From Anthoceros angustus (Eukaryota; Plantae; Anthocerotophyta), in assembly GCA_010909165.1 (NCBI GenBank), contig VJWM01000025.1, positions 2,852,001-2,916,000 of the forward strand: a stretch of 64,000 nucleotides of DNA, given 5' to 3'. The stretch's first letter is position 1, and each line of letters opens with the position of its first letter. The notes under the pieces were generated by a model. The model did no database searches, was not told the DNA's origin, and was given only the letters and a program-made list of their open reading frames with translations. Positions 32,945 through 46,125 of the stretch are shown here, one piece after another. The position numbers and the translations under genes are program-made.

Positions 32945-35900
32945 TTTGAGTCAATTTTTTTACCAATCAATCTCTTTTTCCAAAACAAAAACTCTCTAAT
33001 CATAAAGACAATTATTAACGAGTATCTAGAACTTCCACTATATATATGAAAATTTTATAACCAAGACCAAGAAATGACACTATATTTATGAAAATTTTAT
33101 AACTAACAAGCAAGAAATGACACAATGAGTAATGTTGTTCACTTGCAATGTTCAATAGTCAATTTCTATTCGAAAGCATAAACCTCTCTAATCATAAAGA
33201 TAACTATTTAAGCCACTTCTATAACTAAGTGCAGAAATGAAAAAATAAGCGGTGTCCTCCTCAATCACAAGAAGCTGATCCCAGACCTCTTTATAGATGG
33301 GCCTCACAGTCCTAACAATAAAAGGATGACACTTCAATTTAGGTATAAAACATGTATCTCCAAGGATTGATGCATGGGCCTCACCGCCTTTAAACAAAAG
33401 AATGACACTTCAATCAATTCATTTGGCTCTAAGCCATCAGTCCCGAAGGAATTGATTCTAGGAGATATCTACTGAATTGAAAACACTCATGCTAGGGCAT
33501 ATTTACGAAATTGAAAACACTTCAGCCAAGAAACTGTAATTTTGTTTTAAAGACAAAGCCAATTGGTTCACGAGATGTGTCAGGTTCCAGTGCAAACAGT
33601 TGCTATACCTAATTTAAATTTAATCGAACTGAAAATCTATAAATAATGATAAATTTTCTTGTCTGTTAGATAAATAATTATTTTATATGAATACAAATAA
33701 TCCTTTATAATATTTATTATTTAATATAATAGTTTACAAGGTATTACCTCTAAACTAACACTTCGTCATTTGCAATCCATAAAAAAGTGTACATTTTATA
33801 TGTATTTATTTTAAAACACTTTGTGATAATGTTAGCACCTATTCCCACTCATGAGTAAGGACAGAGTTTTATTGGATTTTTAAAATTTACCATAAATAAT
33901 AATAATAATCTAGGCATCATTAAGCAAGTTAAGTTGTATTTTATCTATGTTATAATATTATCGCTGATTTATTCTTTTAAGTTATGTAAATCACCTAAAG
34001 GTTTATTCTAATTTAGAAAATTAAATTATTTTTATCAATTTTAGAACAATTAGCATATGAGACTAGGCATTATTAAGCTGGAGAAATTAGATATAAAAAC
34101 CTAGCACAGGGATGGGCTGCATATGTAAGTGGATACAAATCAAATGGACATTAAAAAGTTGTTGTTGTTGTATATATCACTACATAACAAGGAGCAACTC
34201 AAGGCGAGCCAGAAGCAAGGCATGTAGGCATCAATCTTTACAACCATTTATTTAGACAATGAATGCTTTATTATATATAATTTCCATATATATTTAAAAA
34301 AATCCGAGTATATTGGAATATTTTTTATTTATCTATTCTCTCGAGACCTGTAGTTGTGGGGCCCTCTCGACTACTCTGGGACCTACTTAGCTCACTGTCC
34401 AATATGTGCGCAGCGCATTGGGACACATGATGCAATCCGAAATGTTATGTTCTACATTGCCACAGAGCGCATTCTGTTCTTTCACGAAGCGCCCATATAC
34501 TTTGCCTAACTGTATTTCTTTGAGGGTTAACATGTTTTTGATCCAAGTAGGCCTTTTCCTGTTCTAGACTATGACATTTTGGGAGCGATAAGTAGCTTAA
34601 GAGTAGACATTCATGGAGCCTAGTCTCCCTTGGCCTGGGGCCCTCTAGAGGGTTGTTCTTCATCACCCCAGTGTAGATGGGACTTCCCATCCCTGCATAT
34701 TTAGATGGGTCTCCACGTTTAAATCCATATTAATAAAATTTATTCAATTCACCTTTTCATCAAAAATATTTTTATAGTATAATAAACCTGGATAAATATT
34801 TATCTATGTTATTAAGTGCGTGACCTTTGCATTTCCTAAAACATGTACAAAAGTTGTTGTTTATAAATAGGATCACAAGTTCATGTGGTATGTTGGGAAA
34901 AAACTTATTTCGTTATCCATGTTTTTTTTTTCCTTGATGACTTTATTCTTTCTGTGTTTTGAAATGGTTATCTTTTAACAAATCAACCACCAGGGTGCCA
35001 TCCATTCATCTATAATCAATTGTTGTCCTCAGGATGACATACTAAAGATATAGATCGTATTAAAAAAAATTCATATGTTTGAGTGAGGGCTAAAGCTCTT
35101 GTTGTTTTGATGTTTTAGAACTCGAAAGGATTACGAAATTCAAATTTCCTTAAACTAAAATGATGAGAGGCCATGATCTAGTTTTTAGCTAGATTTCGAC
35201 TATTACTAATTATAGTTTACTATGGTCATCAATATTTAATTGCATTCAATCTTCTTGAACTAAAATGATGGGACGTTTTCATTTAGTTCTTATCTTGAAT
35301 TTGATTACTCATAATAATAGTATACAACAGTCATTAATCTGATATGGTATGAGTGGGATAAAATATGTTCAAGGAAAGGAAGAGTCTAGCTTGGTAAATA
35401 AGGCAAGATTCTCAATTGTATGCAAAAGCTATGGCTCATACTGACCCTTCTCAAAAATGTGGAATGTGTGAGATTGCTTCAAAGTTGTCACACCAACACA
35501 TGGATGGACATAAGGAGAAGTTGACGGTAATTATCCTTTTGGATGTCGAAGAAGGTTGCTTCATTAACAAAAATATGCAAAGGGGAATATGGGAGAAAAT
35601 AAGCCTAAACTGGCCCCAGGGTTAACAACGCCATAGGGAGCGAATTGTTTTTTAAAGAATTTAGAGACTTTATATAGATATTGCAAAGTACATATAAAAA
35701 TCCCACACTTGAAGTTTTTTTAGCCTTGAGTAACCCGGCAGGGCACTAACTACTGGAGTTTGTAATATGGTGATCTAGATGGCCCTTACATTGCAGAGAC
35801 CTGCGGCATCATTAATAACTAAAGAATGGATGACAACCCTGCCTCGACCTGCAGCATCATTTATAGCTAGAGATTGGATGACAACCCTCCAGTAGGACGG

Positions 35901-36230
35901 TACATGGTTTGAGTTGCTTGGAGAAGAAAGGTCATGGCAGATACATATACGTATATACAATTTTTATGTGAAAGCTTTGGAGGTTGTGCTACAGAGAGAC
36001 GTGGGACCCTAAACCTTTGCGTCCTAATCCTGTGATTGTCTGTTCCCGTGCCTTCTCTTCCTTCACGGAGACGGGGACCGCCTTTCAGACGGGGCCGATC
36101 CATGGACAAGAATGGGCCGGATATATCACGTTCAGGGATGGGCGGGGAAGACAATACCGGTTATGGTCAGGGTGGTGGGCGCCACCTGGGCATGACCGAG
36201 CAGAGGGCTCTTGAGTGAGCTCAGATGTTT

Positions 36231-38560
36231 TCAACATGGAAAAAGAGAGGTCGTTGCTCGTGAGATGGTTTCAGAGTCATCGTCCAGCGGAACTTCGTTT
36301 GGATCTACGGCACTGTTAGCGATAGCTTCCGGGTCATCCAAATTTTCTTCTTCGTCGAGTAATATTTCGTTTGGATCGCCTGTGCAGTTAGAAAATAGAA
36401 CCCAGATGAAACTACGATGCCTCTTGCTTGGTCCAGTAAGGTCATGGGAGCATATAAGTTGGAATGCAAAATTGCTGCCAGACTTACCAGTCAGTTCGGG
36501 AGCGGTCTGTCCATCGTTGGCAAGTCTACTTCCAGGATCCGGGGCTGCATCCAGCTTGTATGGCAGATCCAGCAACTTCAGAAAGTCTTCTGTATGAGGG
36601 TTCCTGTAATGGACTGTTGATATCCTCAAAGATCAGAACTTGCAGAAGGGGCGGTTGCAGAGGGGCGCCTCTCCTACTGAGTACTTGTGCTGGGCATTGT
36701 AGAGAGAGTGGAGTACCTTTCATGGCTGTGCGGTTCCGTCTTCCCTGACTGGGATTGTAGGGCGGCGCAGTTACAGAAAAGGCATTTGGAATAACGTTGC
36801 CGTTTTGCAGTAGTCTTTGTTGCACCCATTGCCTGTGCCCCCTTAAGTCTTTCCTGGTTCTGGGAACAAACATGATCACGGGCAGAACGGTTGAGTGTCA
36901 GTTTGAACACTGTTCAGTGACGCAGATGAAACCATGGGCAAACATTCTGGCATGGCACCCTACATCGTTTCCCAAGGTCTGCCTGAGGAACGCCTGCTCA
37001 AAGGGAAGTAGGGGTCATACACCCTGGTAATTGCAAGCCATTCCTCATCATATGTGAACTCAAGAGCTCCATTCGCTTCAGGAAAATCGACCACCTGTGA
37101 CGACAAGACAGAGGTCATATTTGTGCCTGATGTCCCATTACTTCCTTCCAGTCACTCATCAGAGTTTTCCTCGGCATCTTAGGTGACTTTGAGGATCAAG
37201 AAGAGAGTCAAACGAGCGAAAGAAATAATCCTTCACACAAGAACCAATGAAGACATCATTCAGGATAAGCTGATATACCCACCTGCAGAAATTTCCTTCG
37301 TGGCAGGCACTTGTCCAGAGCGAGGAATCTAGTGGAGGAGCCACTAGAATGCGGAACTACAGCAGCAAATTTGGTATGAAGATGAGCCGAGAACCAGTAA
37401 GCTGGCTTCAGTTTACTCAGAAGTTGTTCTGCAGGAAGGCTTCCTAAAGTGTTATCCTCCACCTGGATGACATAAATTACTGGACACTTCAGGGCACCAT
37501 TGCCACACTCAGAAGACGATCCTCTAACGAGCAAAAGGCAGGTAACCTGGCATCAGCCCTAGAACTTAACAAGAGACAAACAACTAATCCACAATCCATA
37601 CCTGCCGTTGGAAGAATGGTTTGTTCCGAAGCAGCTCTTGCAGATCTCCAAATTTGCTGATGCCTCGAGGCCAGTCGTGAGAAACAAAGACGTCTATCCC
37701 CTCTTCAATGCTCATCAGTTTGTGGACATCATAGGAGCGCACATGATAGATTGAGCGGATGTCATGGTGATCATAAGGTGCTCGCTCATAATGTCCTGCT
37801 TAGGGCCCACTACAACAGCTAAGCAAGAACAACAAACAAACAACAAAGCAGTCATAACTACGACGAAAAAGGCTCCAAACACTTGACTTGCCTGAATGAT
37901 AGTCATGTGACTTGTATATGCCAGACAAACCACCAATGCGTATGCCCCCAAAGTTAATCACCCCGGCAACTCCAAGGAAGTAAATATTCCTTGCAACCCA
38001 TCCACCATAGTAACTAACCTAGTCATACCAGACCACAAGACCGCTGCACAATTTAGTCCCAACAAATCCTCCAACCCCACGAAAGAGTTCACACAACACC
38101 CAAAGACTGCGTCATGAGACTTACAGCTCCCACAGATAATTGGATGCCTCGTGGTTACCTCCAACAAAAACCGTGGGATACGGTGCAACTTTCTGGCCAG
38201 AATAATACTTCCAAAAGCTGTTCATGGCACGATACTTCACAGGACATGCCAGGGACTCGAGATCCTCCTGGTTCCGAACAGCCTGCAAAAAAGAAACCCT
38301 AATCAGTGCTTCAAAAACCACAAAATGCCAACTTCCACCACCAAACTCACCTGGAAGTCTCCACAGCAAATGAGGAGATCAATTTTGGTCTGCTCCACAC
38401 GCTCCAAGTGGTGCAGCGTGGCGTAAATATTGTCCAGATCTCCATGAGCGCAGCCTTCCACTGCAATCTGCAGGCCGAGTCAGCCCTAGGAGCGAGACAA
38501 AGGGCAGGCAAGCGAGAGCTCGAATGCTGCACAACATAGGCGGAGTGTGGCCACCTTCAT
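36231..38560 (-). CDS. DBR1: RNA lariat debranching enzyme, multi-exon
   Basis: MK|[15 protein letters not shown]…LICCGDFQ|AVRNQEDL…[16 protein letters not shown]|YYGGW…SHDWPRG…[12 protein letters not shown]…[15 protein letters not shown], and a DPNEILLD tail. Confidence 0.95.
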
Positions 38561-39083
38561 CCTGCTCAGCTGCAGCCAAGACGGTGTCTTCGCGTTTCAC
38601 GAATCACGAATCACGCTCCACACGGGAGGCCGAGCAGCCGATGGTGGGATTCGGGCAAACGGATCAGACTCGACCCGGGGTTTTAAATAGGTTGGCGTGT
38701 GGCTTGTCGGAAACTATAGGGTTAGTTGGCTCCTTTGGCCGGGCGTCAACCATTGGTGAGAATCTGCGGCCTGTTTAAACCGGGCTCTGATGCGGGAAGA
38801 GCGGCCACTTTCCCCGCGCAAGCCCGCGTATGATGGGCCTGTTTTGAATTTTGAGAGGCGGCTGAGCCGCTTGCGACTCCAGCCTGCCACAGCGCGCTGC
38901 AGATCTCGCGCCGGGCTTCATTTTGATGTGCGCCATGGCCGGAGAGGGTCAGAATTCTGGCAGCTCCGCTCCCGCTGCTGCGCTGCTGCTGGAGCTGCTG
39001 CGGTCTGGAGGGAGCTGATTGCCGGATTGTGAAGGCGGAAAGGGGCGGGAGGGAGCTGCTCCTGTACCTGCCGTGCCGCAGAG

Positions 39084-42000
39084 ATGGAGCCGGAGGTGCG
39101 CACCAGGCCGCAGAGGAAGCGGGAATCTCCCAAGTTTACGGAGGTGTTCGAGACGGACGATGAGCAGGAGGATGAGGATCAGGACGAGGTGGAGGAGGAT
39201 TCCGACTCCGAGGACCTGGCTCCCAAGAGGCGGAGGCGGGGGAACGACGGTGGCCGTGCCAAGGTCTGTTTTCCTGTATTTTTTGGAGTCTGGGTGGGGA
39301 AGGTTTGGGGAATTGGGGTGGTGCGTGTGTTCAATTTCGCGGTTCTGTGGTGAATTTTGCTTAAAAGTGTGGCTGGATGGCAGAAACGGGCGAAAGGGTC
39401 TGTGCCGCCGAGATTACCCCTGGCTGTGGGCAAGGGGCGGGGGACCGGGCGGAAGCGGAAGAAGCCCGAGGCGGAGGATGTGTCCGGGAGCAGCTTGTTT
39501 GAGATCGTGAAGAGCAATGGGGAAGCAGTGCAGGAGGCCGCTCGGGAGTGGCTGGTGCGGTACGAGACTGACAGGGATGCTGCTGTCACGGAGCTGCTCA
39601 CCATGTTGTTTCAGGCATGCGGATCTAGGTACGTGATGGAGGATGCCGGGACGGATGTGGATGAGGCTGTGGAGACCATGGTTGCGCAGGCTAAGGTGGG
39701 GAATTTGGATGATAGCATCGGGTCCAAGAAGGGGGATGTGCGGAATTTTAAGAGCAATCTTGAGGCCTTCTGGGAGGCCCTTGTGCTGGAGTGCCAAGAA
39801 GTGGCTCTTTTCGACCAGTATTTGATGGACAAGGTTATGGATTTCGTTATCGCTATTTCCTGCACTCCGCCCAGGAATTTTCGGCATGTGGCAACGCTGG
39901 TCGGGCTGCAACTGGTGAGTGCTTTCGTGACTCTGGCTAACACGCTTTGCCGAGCCCGTGAGACGAAGCAGCGGCAGCTGAATGCAGAGAGGAAGAGGAA
40001 TAAGGGGGGTCCTATGCTGGCCGAGGCGCTCGCCAAATCTCTGTCCGAGACTCACGAGAGGATCACGCATGTGGAGGAGATGATGCGGAAGATATTCACG
40101 GGGCTTTTTATGCATCGGTATCGAGACAAGGATGAGAATATACGGGTGGCCTGTGTCTCGTCTATCGGCTCTTGGATTGCATCCTACCCGTCCTTGTTTC
40201 TGCAGGAGCTGTATCTGAAGTATCTAGGGTTCCCGCTGAATGACAAGCGGCCCAATGTTCGGAACAGTGCCATTCTGGCTCTGCAGGCGCTGTATGCGGT
40301 GGATGCATACGTTCCGTCTTTGGCCCTCTTCAGTACACGCTTCTGCAGTCGGATGGTTGAATTGGCCGATGACATCGAAGTTAGCGTGGCAGTGAATGCG
40401 ATTGGCTTGTTGAAGCTTTTATTCAAGCACCAACTTGTTCCGGACGAATACTTAGGCTCCCTTTTTGACCTGCTGATTGATGACCAGGCACAGATTCGGC
40501 ATGCTGTGGGGGACTTGGTCTATGAGCACCTAGTTATTCAGAACCCCAGCTCTGACCCAAAGTCACTTGAGGAGCCTGTGGAAGCCGAGCTGGATCGAAT
40601 ACTGCAGATACTTCGGGAGTTCTCAGCTGATCCCATTCTCTCGGACTATGTGATCGATGCATTCTGGGATAAGAGCAAGGCGATGAAGGACTGGAAATGC
40701 CTGCTGTCTATGTTGTTGGATGAGAAACCAAGGATTGAGCTGGCAGATGGGGATGCCACGAACCTCATCAGAGTGCTCTTGGCGTCAGCTAAGAAGTCTG
40801 TGGGAGAAAAGATTGTGCCTTCATTGGAGGTGCGGACAACTGATCATCGGAAGTCGGCAATGAACAAGGCTCAGAAGGAGGCCCTGGAGGCTGCCAAGGC
40901 TGAGATGACTTCTGCTTTGATGAAGGCCTACCCGAAGCTGCTCAGGAAGTTTCTTGTGGACCGCGGCAAGGTGGCTGCCATAGCGGAGGTTCTGTTGTTC
41001 ATGGATCTTCAGTTGTTTTCAATGAAGCGCAAGGAGCAGGAGTACACATCTGCGTTGCACTTGTTGAAGGATGCTTTCCTGAAACATGGAGATGAGGAAA
41101 CGCTTAGAGCTTGCATCAAGGCTCTGTCATTTGCTCTCACCGACAGCCACGCTGACCTACTGGATACTGCCCAGCTGGTGGTTAGCGAGACCGTGGATGA
41201 TCTCACTGTGAAGCTCAGACATGCCATCAGCCACGCAGGGGAAACAGAGGATGAGTATTCCCTGATTGCAAACTTGAGAAGGATGCATCACATGCTGTTG
41301 GCGGTGCCTGTGACTAATGAGAGTCTGTTCACAGAAATGCTGGGGCTGATCAAGGAGTTCAACTACTTGGATGACGAGGTCATCAGGCTGGTTTTGTTGA
41401 ACATGTTTCTGCAAGTTGCATGGTTACTGAAGACCATTGATGCTGACCGTCCTGACGACGCGGCCATCCAGACCTTGATAGCCAGGAGGAATAGCTTGCT
41501 GGAACAGCTGCGCTGTTTTGGAGAAAGCGTGTACGACAGTTGGGAAAGCGGAAGTCCGAGGAGCCCTCTGAGCAGCACCATATGCGTCATTCTGTCCGAC
41601 GTGTGGAGCTTATTTTCTGAGGAGAAGCTGGCGCCCACTAGATTGCATAAATTGGGAGTGTCTCCTGATGATGATTTTCTGCGCCACTTTTGGAATCTGT
41701 GTCAGCACAAGCTTTTTGCCAACGATGACGCTGAGGAAGCAGCTGAAGACCACAGTGAGTACTTGGACGAGAAGGTAGTGGTTATGTCTGCAGCCGCAAA
41801 GCTGGTGGCTAACAGGTTGATTCCCTCGGACTTTCTGGGGCCAGAAATTGTATCCCATCTGGTGCTGCATGACAACATTGTGTCCGAGACGGTGAAGCAG
41901 TTGGTGGTTTCTCTGAGGGAACAGGAGACGCCCGAGAACGTATCTCACCTCTACCTAGAAGCAATGAAGAGAGCTCACCGGCGGTTTCTGGACGAGTCTG

Positions 42001-43064
42001 AGGACAGCTGGTCCACCAAGGATTCGTACAACACCTGCAAGGAGCTGGCACTCCGGCTGAGCGCAACTCTCAAACGGACTGCCAAGACCACCATCCTCAA
42101 GATCGTCAAGGGAGGCATCAAGCACGCGTTTGTGGATTCTCCCAAGCAGCTCACGTTCCTGGAGGTCGGAGTGCTACAATTTGCAGCTAAGCTCACGTCT
42201 GCGGACCTGCGGCCCATCTACGACCTGATGGTCTCCAGGATGCAAGGCATCAACACCGACGAAGACCCTAGCGGCTGGCGCCCATGTCTCGTCTTCCTGC
42301 AGTACCTGAAGGAGAAGTGCTCCATCACCGACGTCTCCGCCGACAAGGGCAGCGGCAAGCGAGGCAGGCGCAGGGCGGCGGCCATCAAAGGCGGAAAGAA
42401 GCTCTTCGACGGCCAGGACACTTCCGAGGAAGAGAATGCTGACCCCATCTCCAGCGCCTCCGGGGAGGCCGACGAGGAAGAGGAGGACGAGGACGAGGAG
42501 CGCGTCGTGCTGGCCAACATGAAGACCGCCCGCACTGCTCGCCAGCGAGCAGTGAAGGCGAAGACGAGCAACAAGGCAGCCGCAGCTACGACCGCGGCTG
42601 CGTCCACCACCCCAACCACCAGCGAAGCCGACCACCAGCAGAGATCCGAGAAACGTGTCTCCCACCAAAGAGATGACGTCGCCAACACTGCGACAGAGGA
42701 ACAGCTTCCTCGAGGACCTGCCGCCGCAGATCAAGAACAGGACCAGACTGTGAGCAACCAGGAGGAGCCATCCTCGAACGGCGACCAGTCGGTCGACGCC
42801 CTCTCTCCTGCTTCATCAGGGCAAGCTCATCAGAGACTCGAGACCTGGACTGAAGAGCGGCTCCCTGGGAGATACACTCGGAGGCGATCGCGGAGCCGAG
42901 GAGATGACGAGGGAGCGTCCCCTAGTGAAGAAGCGTCTGCTGGGAAAGAAACGCCCTTGTTGAGAGAAACCTCCTCTGCCGAAGAAGCGTATCAGAGAAA
43001 GGACACTTCTTCTGGGAAAGAAGCGTCTCCTCCAGCTAGCATGTCAGCTGGGACTAACAGGTGA
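39084..43064 (+). CDS. SCC3: Cohesin subunit SCC3/STAG with a single 5' intron (about 39263-39383)
   Basis: STAG-domain motifs RNFRHVATLVGLQLVSAFV, LFMHRYRDKDENIRVACVSSIGSWI and YLKYLGFPLNDK, in a continuous exon of about 3.7 kb. Acidic first exon MEPEV…GRAK. Confidence 0.93.
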
Positions 43065-43209
43065 TTGCGGTCGCAGGTAGGTGATCACCTGACTGTATCT
43101 AATCAATTCTTCCTCAACCAATTCATGGTCTGATGTATGTACATTTAAACAAAATTGAAAGCTCGAAAGGTATTCCTGCTGCCGTGTTTCCAGATGTTTT
43201 TTGTTTACA

Positions 43210-44919
43210 CTATTGCCAGTAGCACGAGGATGGGCCGTCAGGGGCGGACCTGGCGCGCGTGTTGGACACCGGGGCAGCGGCAACCCCTCGCTGCGTGAGC
43301 AGACAGCGGAAGAAGTGCAGGCGGGGCAAAGCGGCAGGGATGCCCGCATCGTCGATCACTTGGCGCGGACTCCACAGTCTCTCAGCCGCGGCAGCAGCGC
43401 GGGGCCAGATAGTCTGCTGCAGATCGGACGCGTCCACCGTCTCGCCCCACATGCAGACCTCGCCGCCGAGCAGGAGGTCGGAATCGGGCTCCGAAATGCC
43501 TAGGGCGGGCTCATTCAGGTAGAAGGCCTGCCAGGGCACGTCCACATGGTCCAGGTACCAAACGTCCTGGTTGCTCACGATGCAGCGCAACCCGGCCTCG
43601 AGCACCAGCGGAGCCAGTCCCGGAGCCCACCAGTTGTGCACGACGGTGCGCGGGTGCAGTACCTCAGGAAAGTGGTCGAACGGCTCCTCCCAGTTCACAG
43701 GGTCCCAGCCGAGGGAGGCTGCGATCTCTTGCGCGCGCACCACGAAGTGCGCGTACGCTTCCTGCCCTGTCATGCCATGCCCCCGAAGCCAGGCCTTGAC
43801 GCGCGGCACCCGCTCCCAGCACCGGGTATCCACCTCGTCCCCTCCCAGATGCAAGAGCTCGAAGGGGAACAGCTCCCGGAGGTCCGCCAGTACCGCGGCT
43901 ATGGTGTCGAAGGTGGTGTTCTTGCTCACGTCCAGCGGCTCCCGGCAGTCCTCCGCCGGCCAGAGCTCCGGGTACCCTAACCCCAGGACTCGGCGTGCCC
44001 CGGCACGTCCAGCTCCGGCATCACGTGGATCCCCCGCGCGGCCGCATGCGCCACCACGTCCGCCACGTCCCGCACCGTATACCTCTCCCGCGGGGTGTAG
44101 GATCCCCGCCACAGCTCCTCCCGGGACGGGACCTCCACGGGGAACGCCTGCTCGTCCACCAGATGCCAATGTAGGACGTTGAGCTTGGAGAAGGCCATGG
44201 CGTCCAGCACCTCCTTGATGGCCGGCACCGGGAGGAAATGCCGGCCGGTGTCGATAAGCAGCCCCCGGAAGCGGAACCGCGGCCAGTCCCGGATCCGCCA
44301 CGGCGCCTGCTCGATTTCCACCGTCTTGCTACTAAAGTTGAAGACGCAGAGCTGGCTCAGCGTTTCCATCCCCCGCACCGCGCCGTAGACCGTCTCCGCC
44401 TCCAAGCTCGCCGTCCCATCCCCGTCCTCCCCCGGCACCGACAGCCGGTACTCTTCACTCGTGTTGAGCCGCAGCCGCTCGTCCCCCGACCACACCTTCA
44501 CCACCAGCTTCCGCAGCCAGGGTTTCCCGTCCCCGTGCCCGCTCTGCTCCAGATCTCCCGCATGCTGGAAGATGATGCCGCGGTACCGCTCCCACGCGTT
44601 CTGCACCACATCCGACTCGCCGCCTCGCCTTCCGCCACCAGCTCCAGGCCGGGATCCACTCGCACCACGGCCTCTCCCGCGACACCTCCGCCGGTAACGG
44701 CCAGATCTTGACGCCGCCTGCTCCAATGAGGCTGCTGCCATGGCCGCCGCCATCGCTGCGCTGCTCCCCGCCGGCGGCCGTGCCCAGGCCCGAGCGCAGG
44801 CGCAGAAACGGCCAGCTCCAGCGATAGCCGCCGGTGGCCTGGCCGGTCGTGGCGTGGGCCAGCAGCAGAAGAAGCAGCAACGGCAGCCGCAACGGCGGCC
44901 GGGGAGCTCGTCCTGCCAT
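43210..44919 (-). CDS. Beta-hexosaminidase (GH20, HEXO1/HEXO3-like), intronless, three apparent -1 frameshifts
   Basis: Signal peptide MAGRAPRPPLRLPLLLLLLL, IWPLP, PRFRFRGLLIDTGRH, LNVLHWH, PGHAESWG, catalytic HLGGDEV, GGEVCMWGE, WPRAAAAAERLWS. Frame restored by adding one G near 44677, 44625 and 43982. Confidence 0.9.
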
Positions 44920-45479
44920 GCCGCTGGGCCTGGAACGAGGGAGCACGTTGTGTGCGCCCCAATCCCGGTATGTATCATGAGGCATCTATCTACATACATA
45001 TGTACGTAGGTGTAGTAACGAGATGACGAGTGCTGTCATATTGTGGATAAACGAGGGCATGCTTGGACATGATTGGACATGCTATTGCACTTCGTTGACG
45101 GTGCATGCCTGCAGCTGGAAATGACTTCCTGCAGCAGACTTGATGGGTTTCATCAGCAACGGGAGTGGCCGCGGTTCCAGCTTATCCAGTCTCTAATATG
45201 CATAATCAGGGGATGGTCGATATTCGCAATTAAGGCTGAATCAATCTGAAACCAACGATTTAGGGTGAATTAAGCTACACCCAGTTCATGGCTTCCATGA
45301 TTCTCGATAGCAGAGTTGTTAGCTTCTCTCCTATCTTGGGAGCATACCTATTCTTCTCTCTCATCTTATTCACGGAGGAAACCTTTATGCAGCAAGGAGC
45401 AAAGAAAAATGAAGAAAGTAAGAGAATAAGTTAGCATTTGAATGATGATACGGGGCTCAAACATAACTGACAAACAGCC

Positions 45480-46095
45480 AAAACGCTGAAACGGGAGTGG
45501 GTGCAACTTTGTGAGTGTGGCAAAACAGGAGGATGTAGACAACTATGCGCATGTGGCTTTTATGCCTATGGAGCGAGTGTGTGATTTTATTGCTGGGATG
45601 AGTGCGTTGTCGTAGTTTTCCACCAGCTACGTGATAGTATGGAGCAAGCCCACCATCTACGTGATAGTATGGAGCAAGCCCACCAGCTACGTGATAGTAT
45701 GGAGCAAGCTACCTAGGCCTTTGCAGCCTCGGGCTGATATTGCTATCATCATTTGCAGGTACTTGTCACATGAAAAAGTTGGTGCTGCTGCAATTCTTTA
45801 ACATGCTGAATGTTTTCATCATTAGGAGAGTGCTTTCATGATAACAGGCACCATTGTGCTTATGGGCCACAAGATTTGAGGAAACCACTTATAGAATCTT
45901 CCTCACAGGTGGCACCTCGAGTTCGGGGTGAGCGGGGCTCACACCAGAAACGAAGGTCGAAGATAGTTAACGGGGAGAGCATTAAGCACGGCTGTTGTGC
46001 ATCACTTTCAGTGAAGCAACTATATCTATGGCCTACTGTTGCAGAATTTATTATGTACGAGAATAACACCAAGATGTTGCTGGACGTCTTAGTCA
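45480..46095 (+). mobile_element. N-terminal relic of a MULE-type transposase related to plant SWIM-zinc-finger proteins
   Basis: AHVAFMPMERVCDFIAG, HCAYGPQDLR and KHGCCASLSVKQLYLWPTVA resemble, from memory, the N-terminus of the plant SWIM/MULE-derived family. Contains stops and frameshifts. Confidence 0.55.
45621..45710. repeat. 30-bp tandem repeat, 3 copies
   Basis: CACCAGCTACGTGATAGTATGGAGCAAGCC three times with 2 mismatches in total. Confidence 0.92.
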
Positions 46096-46125
46096 TGTGC
46101 CTTCTTATATGGATAGAAAGGATGA

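Noticed and set aside
39414-44962. Long antisense and alternate-frame ORFs overlapping SCC3 and the hexosaminidase
   Set aside because: Expected shadow ORFs of GC-rich coding sequence, with no independent motifs.
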